Shown piece by piece: positions 1-8,963 of a stretch of 64,000 nt of DNA (position 1 is the stretch's first letter; every line of letters starts with the position of its first letter). Origin of the DNA: a virus. Taxonomy: Duplodnaviria; Heunggongvirae; Uroviricota; Caudoviricetes. The notes below the pieces were generated by a model. That model was not told the DNA's origin, made no database searches, and worked only from the letters and a program-made list of their open reading frames with translations. The stretch lies in IMG/VR virus record IMGVR_UViG_3300011187_000002. One strand, given 5' to 3'. The translations under genes were made by a program, and so were the position numbers.

Positions 1-358
1 AAATCACATCCGGTGCTAGCCGCCCACGTAAAAAACCAAGTGACGACACAGTGAGATAAGTCCCACCACCGTTAGGGTAATTGCGCTGAAACTCATCCAA
101 CATACTACGGTTTCCCGCAATTACGGCATGGTCCAAATCAGGTCGTATGTCCCGAAGGAACCTGACGATTGAAGTGGTGTGCCCGCGCTGTCTTCCAAAC
201 GAAACATGGAGTACATTTTCGTATTCGTAAATGACTCGTTGATCCGTATGGATATTGCTACCCTGTAAATATGCCGAATACGCGGCAATCATTATGTCGG
301 TGGCGTAAGTGCCCGGAATCCAAGAGGCACGGCCCACCAATCCTCGTTGGATGATCAC
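1..358 (-). CDS. Partial hypothetical protein with degenerate P-loop-like motif (runs off the window edge)
   Basis: Not in ORF track. GTG at 358 overlaps the TGA of the upstream gene; frame is open to position 1: VIIQRGLVGRASW...SFGRQRGHTTSIVRFL...LRGRLAPDVI. Confidence 0.6.
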   Translation of the reverse strand, partial: MIIQRGLVGRASWIPGTYATDIMIAAYSAYLQGSNIHTDQRVIYEYENVLHVSFGRQRGHTTSIVRFLRDIRPDLDHAVIAGNRSMLDEFQRNYPNGGGTYLTVSSLGFLRGRLAPDVI

Positions 359-636
359 TTTATCATATCCATATCATCGGCTGTTTCCAGAACATTCCTA
401 CGGAGGTAAGGATACACGTCCGTATCATCCATGTCGAGATCAAGGCCCGCTTCGTCAAGGGCCTTTTTGAGATTCTCTTTGGCTTTCGTGAAAAACTCTT
501 TAGGGGCATCGTCAATGCCGAGTTCTTCGCCAAGGATTTCACCCATCATCTTTTCAACGTCACCGGACGCCTTGTAAGACAAGCGGCGGCCAAAGGCACG
601 AAACGCTACGAGTTTTGCTAGCTTCAAATTTGTCAT
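355..636 (-). CDS. Hypothetical protein, probably virion-associated
   Basis: SD GGAG upstream; basic N-terminus KLAKLVAFRAF...YKAS followed by an acidic domain. Confidence 0.6.
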   Translation of the reverse strand: MTNLKLAKLVAFRAFGRRLSYKASGDVEKMMGEILGEELGIDDAPKEFFTKAKENLKKALDEAGLDLDMDDTDVYPYLRRNVLETADDMDMIK

Positions 637-666
637 CTGTTACTCCGTTGCAGCATAAAGCTACGA

Positions 667-1992
667 TCAATAGTTGATGTTTTCCCATACCGGGGTACGA
701 CCACGTTCTTCAATCCCGTCCGGGGCACCCTCTTTATCTGTGATCTGAGGGTAGCGTAATTCATCGGGATCATCATCCCAATCCGCAGTACGGGTTTCCG
801 GGAAAGCCAATGAATCAGTTCCTAGAATGGGCACCTTACTTCGGATATCCTGACTGTCGAAAAGCGCCACATTGAAATGCTGCTGTAAAATGTTCCCACG
901 GTTGTTCGGCATACGAACCGGACCCAGAGAATACCGATCGCCGTTCAGCTTGACGATAAAATCACGTTGCGAAAGCAACGGGTGAGGTCCCGTCCAAGCA
1001 TCGTAGACCATCTCGTAGGCGCGACCTTTATCGCTCTGGCGAATCGTCCGTTCGGCGTCCGCAGGTGCAAGCAAGATATCATAAGGGCCTTCGTAACCGC
1101 CCTTGATTCCCGTGCCGAAACATGTCGTACACTGGTTGTACGGCTGAGGATCATCAAACTGCCTGAAACACGTACACTGGACGCCCCGGTACTTGTGGAT
1201 AAAGGCTTTGACCCGTTCACCACCTTGGTCAAGGATCCAGCGGTTACGTCTGATCGCTTCCCGCCAGATGTAATCAAGGTTTTCCATCTGGTGGATATGC
1301 TTGGCTTCGGCCCAATCCAATGGGGTCTCTTTAAGCTCCCCATCCCACTGGTCGTAACCAACAGTCGTGATCCGGTAAAAGGTGCGCTTGTATAGATCGG
1401 ACTCAAGCAAATTCGTGTTATACTCGTAGGAACACAACACCACAGAATCCGCGTGTGGTAAGATGGGGTCCATCTGTTCATTGGTTGCAGGGTCATACCG
1501 GTAAGACGTCTGCAACACGACTTCGCCGGTCTCACCGTACACACGGGCGGCCTTTACCTCTTGCCCGTCGATGAAAATGGTCACATCTTCCAGACTGTTG
1601 GCAATCGTTTTCGGGTCGTTGATCTTGACGATCGGGTAGTTCTGGACCTTGAAAATCCATTGCCCGGCTTCATCATTGCGAGACACGAAACGGCTGGACA
1701 CATCTTCAAGGTTAACCGAAGCCGTCGAAGTGATATCTTGGTAATACGTCGCACCGATCGGGTTCGTGTTCAGGCGATGATAAGGACCAAACTCCGAATC
1801 GAACGAGCGATACACGTTCACACCGAGGATATCGAAACTACTATTATTCGGCACTAGGGCCGGGTCGTCCCAATACAAATCCACCGCATTGCGCGTCGTG
1901 GCAAACGACCACTGCGCATTTGCGTTCAGAGGCGGCAAGGGGTGCGTCGGGTTTTGCCGCTCTTTGGTTGTGGTTTTGCGGTCGCGAGCCAT
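667..1992 (-). CDS. Putative head-completion/neck protein (FN3-like N-terminus, Cys-rich C-terminus)
   Basis: VDLYWDDP...GVNVYRS FN3-like strands; QCTC...CTTCFGTG motif; position in the structural block. Confidence 0.5.
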   Translation of the reverse strand: MARDRKTTTKERQNPTHPLPPLNANAQWSFATTRNAVDLYWDDPALVPNNSSFDILGVNVYRSFDSEFGPYHRLNTNPIGATYYQDITSTASVNLEDVSSRFVSRNDEAGQWIFKVQNYPIVKINDPKTIANSLEDVTIFIDGQEVKAARVYGETGEVVLQTSYRYDPATNEQMDPILPHADSVVLCSYEYNTNLLESDLYKRTFYRITTVGYDQWDGELKETPLDWAEAKHIHQMENLDYIWREAIRRNRWILDQGGERVKAFIHKYRGVQCTCFRQFDDPQPYNQCTTCFGTGIKGGYEGPYDILLAPADAERTIRQSDKGRAYEMVYDAWTGPHPLLSQRDFIVKLNGDRYSLGPVRMPNNRGNILQQHFNVALFDSQDIRSKVPILGTDSLAFPETRTADWDDDPDELRYPQITDKEGAPDGIEERGRTPVWENINY

Positions 1993-2011
1993 AAAGATCA
2001 CATGAAACGGT

Positions 2012-2320
2012 TCACTTGTTCGAGCAAATCAAGCACCCTTCCCAGATCATTGGCGTTGCCCCAATCGGGGTCACGGCCATTTTTCTGGTCGTAGCGGTGT
2101 AGGCTTTTTTCCAGTCCGCAGGCAACCGGCCTCGCCAAAAACGTTCTTTTTTGGCATGTACATTGTCAGAAGCACCGATTATCCCACCACCCACTTTTTG
2201 ATCAACAACCGCATAAAGGGTAGAGCTTGCCAATCTAATTAGAGCAAGGATAGGACGGATATGTGGACGGAGGTCTTTCCGGGAGGCCCCCAATTTTATC
2301 AAGCGACTTTCGAGATCCAT
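2012..2320 (-). CDS. Leader-motif protein; 3' part possibly frameshifted
   Basis: ATG 2320 after GGAG; starts MDLESRLIKLGASRKDLRPHIRPIL; a -1 frame 2165-1998 looks more protein-like than the annotated C-terminus. Confidence 0.55.
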   Translation of the reverse strand: MDLESRLIKLGASRKDLRPHIRPILALIRLASSTLYAVVDQKVGGGIIGASDNVHAKKERFWRGRLPADWKKAYTATTRKMAVTPIGATPMIWEGCLICSNK

Positions 2321-2332
2321 CGGGAACTCCAA

Positions 2333-2373
2333 GAAATAAAACGAGGTACGGCATTGTGTCTACCGTACCTCGT
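2333..2373 (-). terminator. Rho-independent terminator-like hairpin
   Basis: Perfect 11-bp IR ACGAGGTACGG/CCGTACCTCGT (2341-2373) followed on the minus strand by TTTATTTC. Confidence 0.65.
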
Positions 2374-2397
2374 ATATAAGCGAATAACCGATGGAAC

Positions 2398-2775
2398 TTA
2401 GAGGAGGGCCTCCTTCAAGTCGCCCACGACACGCTCCATAAAGACATTGGCTTCTTCATTATCCGCACGCATCCAACCGAGGATAACAGCACCTAGCTCG
2501 ATCACAAGACCTTTCGGCAACCGGCCAATAAGGTGATCTTGCATATCCTCCTCATCGGGCCATTCATATCGAAAGACCCGGTGGTCGGATTTCTCTTCCA
2601 TGAGAATCAGGCGGCTTCGAACGAGATCATCCATGAACTCGAAGGTGTTCATAAACTGATTGTACCGCTGACGAAACCTCTTCTGTTCATATTTGGGAAG
2701 CGGCAGGTAAAAGAAAGCAAACTCTGGATAGGAGGGTGAACGATACTGATACAACGCATTAGTCTTGGCCCACAT
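2398..2775 (-). CDS. Hypothetical protein (possible tail assembly chaperone)
   Basis: Likely start MWAKT after GAGAGGGG; size and helical C-terminus resemble chaperones, function is a guess. Confidence 0.45.
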   Translation of the reverse strand: MWAKTNALYQYRSPSYPEFAFFYLPLPKYEQKRFRQRYNQFMNTFEFMDDLVRSRLILMEEKSDHRVFRYEWPDEEDMQDHLIGRLPKGLVIELGAVILGWMRADNEEANVFMERVVGDLKEALL

Positions 2776-2867
2776 AAGCCCCTCTCGGCGAAGTGTTGGA
2801 AATGAAACACTCAACTCCACCAAACACAGAACATAAGTGGATTTTCAATGGAAAGTCGGACCGCGTG

Positions 2868-3311
2868 TCAAGCACCACTCTGGTAAAAGTGGAAATAGAC
2901 GGGCAACTCTTTAAGCCCTGCCTTTTCAGCGGCAACGACGCGGTGGTTTCCCTCCCCGATCTTAGCCTTGCCGTCCTTACCCACAATCACCTGAATGGCC
3001 GTGTTGAAGCCTTCGCTCTGGATGGAATCAACAAGCTCATCAACCACGGGGCGTTTGTACTCACGGTACTTTAGGAGTTCCCGAATAGGGATAGTGCCGT
3101 GGGCGTACATGCTGTTTGACTTACCCCCGGCCCGGAACGTTATTTTGTCCGGGTCGTAAAGTTTCTGTCCGTCCTCAGACCACCGATCAAGGACGTCCTT
3201 AATCGACATGCCCCTCTTGAAATCGTAATACGTCTTTTTGCGTTCTGGAGGCCATGAAGCCGCCATATAGAGGCGGGCCACCCGTCGAGCTAGTTTTGAA
3301 TTATGCGACAT
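2868..3311 (-). CDS. ParB/Sulfiredoxin-like domain protein with RVARLY leader
   Basis: ELVDSIQSEGFNTAIQV...IGEGNHRVVAAEKAGLKELPV matches the ParB/Srx GxHR signature. Confidence 0.8.
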   Translation of the reverse strand: MSHNSKLARRVARLYMAASWPPERKKTYYDFKRGMSIKDVLDRWSEDGQKLYDPDKITFRAGGKSNSMYAHGTIPIRELLKYREYKRPVVDELVDSIQSEGFNTAIQVIVGKDGKAKIGEGNHRVVAAEKAGLKELPVYFHFYQSGA

Positions 3312-3321
3312 CAGGGTCTCC

Positions 3322-3789
3322 TTACTTGTACTGAACGACCGAACCTTCCGGCACCTTTTCTGGGGTCCGAAGTAACATCTTCACCCCTTTGAATATGTGC
3401 AGGACTTTGGGCCTGACAAGGCGTACATCGGATTTCCAGATTACCTCTTCCGGGTATCCGATATCAGGCACATCCGGGGTTTGAAACACGATTGCAACCT
3501 TGTCCCCACCTTTGAGGTGCGTGACCTGTACGCCGGAGCTATAGTGACCCCACACGGTAGATACCGCCTGTACGCCCGCAAGTCCAAACTTTTTGTACGG
3601 AGGATCAGCCAAGAGCTTACCCGAATCAAGTATCTCTTGCGCCCGGTCTGCATAGGTGAAATGCACGAACTCATCGTCCCGTACATTCATCCGGTAAATG
3701 GGGCCACCGTAAAAGGATTCTTCGCCGGTGTCCTTTAACTTTTCCGCCAAGAAAACCCGTGCGACGTGGTTGGCAATTCGTTCTGACAT
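3322..3789 (-). CDS. ADP-ribosyltransferase-like domain protein with HVARVF leader
   Basis: FVHFT..RAQEILDSGKL (H-x-T and IL.SG.L), downstream S and E-V; typical ART-fold pattern. Confidence 0.5.
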   Translation of the reverse strand: MSERIANHVARVFLAEKLKDTGEESFYGGPIYRMNVRDDEFVHFTYADRAQEILDSGKLLADPPYKKFGLAGVQAVSTVWGHYSSGVQVTHLKGGDKVAIVFQTPDVPDIGYPEEVIWKSDVRLVRPKVLHIFKGVKMLLRTPEKVPEGSVVQYK

Positions 3790-4679
3790 TAGAGGCCCAT
3801 GAATTTGCGGGGAGTCATAACGCCTTTACCCGTAACAGGGCCGAAGCTGGAGCGTACACCAAGTCCGTAACGACTCTGACGCAAACCACGCATGATTTTC
3901 ACCGTGCGGCTCTTGTTTTCCATCATCTTATCGAAACGGCCTTCGGCGTTTTGCTTGATAGACTCGTATTTAGAAGACTTCTCGATGGACAAGGAAATGC
4001 CGCCGATACTGTAATCGAATTCGTCGGCGATCCAGTTGAGGGCTAGAGCGATGCAAGCATGAACAGTCGCACCGGTCATAACCCACGGGATCCAATCACG
4101 TTTAGTGTTGACCAACTGAGTCAAGTCCCGGAAATGTGTTTCGGGAGGCGAAGCGTTGATCGCGAACATGGCCTGTTCCATGTATTCGATCAATTCGTTG
4201 TCTTCCCAAATATAAGCGAAGACCCTGTTGTATTCGTTGACCGTACCCGAGGAAGTGGGCGGCCTGAAATGATAATGCTTATCGGGATTATTATCCCGGA
4301 GCAAAGTACGCAACCGTCTAATCAGGTCCGCCTGTACGGGCGTCCATAGCTGGGCTTGGATTTTGGACTCCTGTACGACCTCGAACTCTTGCATCACCGT
4401 GTACTGTGGTGAGGTGGTCGTCTCTTGTAGGGTCCAGCGGATCCTGTAAAGACCGTAGGCGGCATTCTCTGGGATCTGGAAGTGGGCGTAATAATGGCCC
4501 AACTCGATACGCACAGGGAGGCGATCAGACGGCCCTATAAGGACTTCGACGCCTGTCGTCACATCGTAAAGGGCGTAACTGATTGTATGAGGGTCGATCG
4601 GGGAGTTGCCGGAATCAACTACCTGAATATCAAGATCATCGGGTTCCGTAATCGAACCGCGTGTCAATTCCAAGGGCAT
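3789..4679 (-). CDS. Putative head-tail adaptor/neck protein (Ig-like N-domain)
   Basis: YYAHFQIPENAAYGLYRIRW Ig-like strands; WIADEFDYSIGGISLSIEKSSKY; structural context. Confidence 0.55.
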   Translation of the reverse strand: MPLELTRGSITEPDDLDIQVVDSGNSPIDPHTISYALYDVTTGVEVLIGPSDRLPVRIELGHYYAHFQIPENAAYGLYRIRWTLQETTTSPQYTVMQEFEVVQESKIQAQLWTPVQADLIRRLRTLLRDNNPDKHYHFRPPTSSGTVNEYNRVFAYIWEDNELIEYMEQAMFAINASPPETHFRDLTQLVNTKRDWIPWVMTGATVHACIALALNWIADEFDYSIGGISLSIEKSSKYESIKQNAEGRFDKMMENKSRTVKIMRGLRQSRYGLGVRSSFGPVTGKGVMTPRKFMGL

Positions 4680-4694
4680 AACTTGTATCTCCGA

Positions 4695-4931
4695 TCAAGG
4701 CATGTGGCATAATCGCTTGAGGTTGCGGATCTCATTGGCATGTCGAAGGGCGGACACTTGTGCCGTTCCCGCAAAATACCCGTCACGCATCCCCCGCATC
4801 TCATCGTCATTTTCAAAAATGAAATAGGTCTTGCGACCCACTTTCGATGAACCCGTGAACACGATGCCCGCCGCCTTTAGGAAAGCGGCGAAATACAGAT
4901 CGCATGTTCGAAAATCCTTTTTAACACTCAT
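4695..4931 (-). CDS. Small hypothetical protein (T.DLYFAAFL-type, DUF5659-like)
   Basis: RTCDLYFAAFLKAAG...FIFE pattern common in small phage proteins. Confidence 0.55.
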   Translation of the reverse strand: MSVKKDFRTCDLYFAAFLKAAGIVFTGSSKVGRKTYFIFENDDEMRGMRDGYFAGTAQVSALRHANEIRNLKRLCHMP

Positions 4932-4957
4932 ATAACTTCATCAACTTAGGGTTCCGA

Positions 4958-5236
4958 TTAGCCCCCCAAGTCACTAACGTGTCGCTTGAGGTTTCGGATG
5001 TGATCTTTAAGCTCGTCTTTCAGACGCCGGGCGTTTTGGAGGTCGCCTTCGGTGTTAATCTCACCGACCACGCCTCTGATTTCAGCATCCACGTCCTGAA
5101 GGGTCTTGATCAACTTCTTGACCCGGCCCGGAGTTACCGCTTCCCTATCCAATTCAGCTAGGATAGGACGGAGGTGGGGACGTGATTCTTCACGGTACAC
5201 GTTCAATCCAATAAGTGCGTCTTTTAGATCAGACAT
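4958..5236 (-). CDS. Leader-motif protein, helical
   Basis: MSDLKDALIGLNVYREESRPHLRPILAELDREA. Confidence 0.75.
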   Translation of the reverse strand: MSDLKDALIGLNVYREESRPHLRPILAELDREAVTPGRVKKLIKTLQDVDAEIRGVVGEINTEGDLQNARRLKDELKDHIRNLKRHVSDLGG

Positions 5237-5239
5237 GAA

Positions 5240-5692
5240 TTAGACCCCGTAATTGTTTTTCAGGTACCGCAAAGACTCTTTGGTATCCTTCAGGACCAGT
5301 TCCAACTGATCACGGAGGGTTTCCGCTGCTAAGTCTTTGCTGGGTCCGTCGTCCTCACGGATAAGCCCCTGAACAGCATCATCAAACGTACCGTCCAGTT
5401 CCTGTGATGCCCGATCCATCTTGGATAGGAGGCGATCCATTTTACGGGAAATGGCTGCTTCCTTTTGAAGCTGTGCCAAGACCGGTCGGATATGATCCCG
5501 AAGGTCCGGGCGGTCCGTCCCTAGTTTGATTAAGTCATCCCGAAAGGAATTCTTATCGCTCATGGTATCGTCCTCAGATTCAGCACCCCGAGGGAGTGCC
5601 GGGCAGTAAGAAGGTTGATCTTCCACTGGCCCGTGACACTCCCCATAATCGGAACGAGTCCGCAAGGGTTGGGTTGGATCGTAATTACGCAT
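5240..5692 (-). CDS. Leader-motif protein (motif internal)
   Basis: FRDDLIKLGTDRPDLRDHIRPVLAQLQKEAA. Confidence 0.75.
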   Translation of the reverse strand: MRNYDPTQPLRTRSDYGECHGPVEDQPSYCPALPRGAESEDDTMSDKNSFRDDLIKLGTDRPDLRDHIRPVLAQLQKEAAISRKMDRLLSKMDRASQELDGTFDDAVQGLIREDDGPSKDLAAETLRDQLELVLKDTKESLRYLKNNYGV

Positions 5693-5706
5693 AGACTACA
5701 CCCATC

Positions 5707-6126
5707 TTACAGGGTGAAAAGTGCGTCACCTGCATCGGTGAATACTTTGATCCATCCCTTGTCGACGAGGCCCTTCAGGACACCACCGTCGAAAGACAGA
5801 AGGAAATGTCCCGTCTCTACGAACGAATAAGACAACAGATCCTGTACATCCTGCTGCTCATCAGCCGTAAGACCTTCAGTAGTTACAGTGTCGATGTTGG
5901 CCAACGAAATGTCACCCGCATCAACCGTACCTGCGATCACTGCAGCCGCATCTTCGGTAACCCCAAGGCTATCAAGCAATGCGTCCAGTGCCTCTACGTC
6001 CACGGGATGAATGTAACGCTCCTGTCCGGGAGGGTTAATTGTGTGCTCTCGAAGGGATTGCTTCTTGTCGAGATCCTGCAAGAGGACCTTATCGAAGGGC
6101 GTACCCACTACGCTAATTCTTGCCAT
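5707..6126 (-). CDS. Putative virion structural protein, paralogue of 6510-7115
   Basis: Ends with LSFDGGVLKGLVDKGWIKV, matching LSADSGVIKGLSDNGFLTV in 6510-7115. Confidence 0.6.
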   Translation of the reverse strand: MARISVVGTPFDKVLLQDLDKKQSLREHTINPPGQERYIHPVDVEALDALLDSLGVTEDAAAVIAGTVDAGDISLANIDTVTTEGLTADEQQDVQDLLSYSFVETGHFLLSFDGGVLKGLVDKGWIKVFTDAGDALFTL

Positions 6127-6127
6127 G

Positions 6128-6502
6128 TCAATTCTCCTGTGCAATGTTGGGGTCGAAATAACCCATGCGTTCTAGCCGTGCCAACTCCTCAAAAACCTTG
6201 CTCGCCAGATTGAACACTACTCCAACCTGCGCAAAGAACTCGGCCTGATTATACAAACGATCCCTCTTGACCTTCTCATACGCAATCGTCACATCGTGCT
6301 GATAGCGCCGCAATTTACTCGACGTGGGAAGGTCATCGAGGGGTAAACCTTTAACTTCTGAAACAAGACCTTTTACGACTTCCATGATCAAGGCTACCGT
6401 GTTCGTCTGTGCTAGACGACGCGGCTGCCATAGGACGCCTCGAAAGTCCGCCCTATGCCGGGAAAGTGCTTCCCGGATCTGTTTAGCCTGTGTCTCATCC
6501 AT
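6128..6502 (-). CDS. Hypothetical protein
   Basis: Tightly packed ORF in the minus-strand operon. Confidence 0.6.
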   Translation of the reverse strand: MDETQAKQIREALSRHRADFRGVLWQPRRLAQTNTVALIMEVVKGLVSEVKGLPLDDLPTSSKLRRYQHDVTIAYEKVKRDRLYNQAEFFAQVGVVFNLASKVFEELARLERMGYFDPNIAQEN

Positions 6503-6509
6503 TTAATGA

Positions 6510-7115
6510 TTAGACAGTTGCCGTTACAGTGCTGGTCACATCCTGACTGTTAGCCGTAACCGTTACTTCCGTAACCGTCGCAGCAAAGCCATGAGCGTTA
6601 CCCGTGATGGTGATCTGCGTATCCGAAACAGATACTCCAGTATCAGCATCGGTAAGCTCAACCGAAGTAGCCCCATCCGTCACTGAAATGGAAGTTACAT
6701 CGGGAGCGTAAGACGTGAAATTAGTACCGTCGATGGTGAGCGATCCATCATCCACAGTACCAATACTATCATCCCCACCCGTCGCATCGTCCATCGTGAC
6801 TGCAGAAATCGTCGGAGCTGCAAGAGCACCGGTCGGAATCTCAGTGACCGTAAGAAAACCGTTATCCGACAGACCTTTGATAACGCCGCTATCCGCAGAT
6901 AGACGAGCCTTATCGCTAGGGACGAGATCAACAAAGCCAGCCTTGGTCTGGTCAACCTTGACTAGATTGTCGCTGCCGAAATACGTGCGGTGATACGGCA
7001 CGTAAACAGGCTGCTTGCGGTAAAAGCCGAACTCCTCATTGGGAAGCCCGGAATCAATATCTGTCACCAGAAGCGCACCATCGGTGCTCTGGGTATGTAC
7101 AAGTCGAATGAGCAT
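6510..7115 (-). CDS. Putative virion structural protein with C-terminal Ig/IPT-like domain
   Basis: Thr/Val-rich beta domain PTISAV...LTIDGTNF; SD GGAGG. Confidence 0.6.
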   Translation of the reverse strand: MLIRLVHTQSTDGALLVTDIDSGLPNEEFGFYRKQPVYVPYHRTYFGSDNLVKVDQTKAGFVDLVPSDKARLSADSGVIKGLSDNGFLTVTEIPTGALAAPTISAVTMDDATGGDDSIGTVDDGSLTIDGTNFTSYAPDVTSISVTDGATSVELTDADTGVSVSDTQITITGNAHGFAATVTEVTVTANSQDVTSTVTATV

Positions 7116-7180
7116 GGAAGCCTCCGAAGCGTTAAGTAGATCCTTTGACCTACTATATCAAAACTTTATCGACGCCCCGT

Positions 7181-8134
7181 TTACAAGCTGGGGCTGTGAG
7201 AAAGTACCAAGTAAATTTCAACATCAACATCAATCCCATCGCTCCGAACGCTAAAGCGCTCGAAACCCGGTCGGTTATCACTAAACTTTTCGTTCGATCC
7301 GACCGAGATCTCCGAAGATCCAGTGCCAAAGGAAACAAACACGTTATCACCAGCCGACACATTTCGGATTGAAAAGTCAATAGCTTTGCGCGGCAACTCA
7401 AAGGTCAAAGCATCATCTTGCGAAGCACCTGCGGGGGCCGTCCCCGTAAGAAGCAACGGAGTCCTTTGATCCCTATACTGTTGCGTGGACATGACTATTT
7501 CGATCGGTTTCGTATGTACTTCCACACCGCCAAACACCGGCGACGTCTGGAAAAACAAAACGTCTTTATCGTCCAACGAATAGTCTGCCGGATCAAAAAG
7601 GAACCGGGTTCGGTTCTGTAGCTGGTTGGCGTAAACCTGATTCGCCATCATAGCGTTTGACGACTGGTATTTGTCCGACCGCGCCCCGCTCACAAAAGAA
7701 ACTGTTTCCATTGCAGCAAATGCCCCGTCCCAATTGGCGGCGTTCTTGACCGCATAGGATTCAGGTCTAACGGGAACCAATGTAATGGTGCCACCGTCGT
7801 CTGTAGTCGACGCTGCGTAATTGTAAATCTGATTGTAAGTATCCACCGGCGTCTGGCCAAACTTATCGAACCGGATGTATAGCTCGCTTGCTGTGGGACC
7901 GTCGAAAGCTGTTACTGCTTGTGACGAAGCATTGATCTGCGCTTTGAAATCAGCGACAATCGTTGCCGAATCGTCCGCACCTGCAGTCGTATCCTCGGAG
8001 CCGAAAAGGCCATCAAAGATAGAAACGGTGTAGGTGCCCGTGCCAGTTGTGCCGTCGTTGACTGTGAGCTTCAACCAAAAATGGTCTTCGATCAGAGCGT
8101 CTACGAGGTGGTCTTCTCGCCGATGGATATACAT
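7181..8134 (-). CDS. Putative structural protein
   Basis: SD GAGGT; beta-rich T/A/D composition; structural block. Confidence 0.55.
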   Translation of the reverse strand: MYIHRREDHLVDALIEDHFWLKLTVNDGTTGTGTYTVSIFDGLFGSEDTTAGADDSATIVADFKAQINASSQAVTAFDGPTASELYIRFDKFGQTPVDTYNQIYNYAASTTDDGGTITLVPVRPESYAVKNAANWDGAFAAMETVSFVSGARSDKYQSSNAMMANQVYANQLQNRTRFLFDPADYSLDDKDVLFFQTSPVFGGVEVHTKPIEIVMSTQQYRDQRTPLLLTGTAPAGASQDDALTFELPRKAIDFSIRNVSAGDNVFVSFGTGSSEISVGSNEKFSDNRPGFERFSVRSDGIDVDVEIYLVLSHSPSL

Positions 8135-8136
8135 GA

Positions 8137-8538
8137 TCAGTTACCTCGCTGTTTTGCCCGTTCACGATGGATCAACGGCTCATAAGACAAGGTGCTCTTG
8201 CCATCGGCCCTTGCCGCATCTTGAGCCTCTTCCCAACTCTGGGCTTCTTCGCCTTTGTAGTTGGGCTTGAGGGTTGGGCGGATATGGTTTTTCTCTTGAC
8301 GCCGGGCCATATACTTCGACCGTCGCTTGCGGTACTTCTTCTCCGCGTAGTTCTTATCGGCCCACGCATCGCCTTTGAAACTGAACATCATGCCTTCCGC
8401 ATCGAATACGAAATCGGCTGTTCCGTCACATTCGGTGCAATCAATGCCCGCCTCTTTCGTGTCGTCAAAATCGTCGACCGAAAGTTTCACTGTCTGGACG
8501 TGATCACATTCGTTGCACTTGAAATCGTACTTTCTCAT
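8137..8538 (-). CDS. FmdB-family zinc-ribbon protein
   Basis: MRKYDFKCNEC...IDCTECDG: YxxxCxxC...CxxC pattern. Confidence 0.75.
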   Translation of the reverse strand: MRKYDFKCNECDHVQTVKLSVDDFDDTKEAGIDCTECDGTADFVFDAEGMMFSFKGDAWADKNYAEKKYRKRRSKYMARRQEKNHIRPTLKPNYKGEEAQSWEEAQDAARADGKSTLSYEPLIHRERAKQRGN

Positions 8539-8963
8539 TTGACTCCCTTCTTTTGCCGTAACTTCTGAATATATCGTGCGGTAACTTTGCCTGCGGTCAA
8601 GAGCATCTCCGGGGAAAAGACCCCTTTGTGTGGGTTCACCACATCCCGGCCCAGAAACGGCCCGAAATAGCGATCACCTAAAATCTCTTTAGCAAGCGCT
8701 TCTGCCCTATTCTTACATTCGATCGCTTGTTGTGCAATCGCCTCCGCCTCCGCCTTGAATTTATAAAAGCGCATGGCAGCATCGAAAAGTTCCTCTTCGG
8801 TACAATCCAACTCTTGCAAAAGGAAAGGCAAGTCCTCTGTACGACTGAGCAAGGAGGCCACCACGTGCTGGACCGAATCCAGATGCTCCGCCGTCAAGCG
8901 GATGTTCCTTGCCAACTCGTAAACCTTGTTGGCAAAGGGGCTTATGCCTCCTTTCTTGTCCAC
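8535..8963 (-). CDS. Hypothetical coiled-coil protein
   Basis: Overlapping start/stop coupling with both neighbours; C-terminal KVTARYIQK. Confidence 0.6.
   Translation of the reverse strand: MDKKGGISPFANKVYELARNIRLTAEHLDSVQHVVASLLSRTEDLPFLLQELDCTEEELFDAAMRFYKFKAEAEAIAQQAIECKNRAEALAKEILGDRYFGPFLGRDVVNPHKGVFSPEMLLTAGKVTARYIQKLRQKKGVK

Noticed and set aside
2839-2867. TTGACA on the minus strand as a sigma70 promoter
   Set aside because: No acceptable -10 at 16-18 nt.
4931-4943. TGATGAAGTTATA as a late promoter
   Set aside because: It overlaps the start codon of the gene it would drive and is only a loose match.
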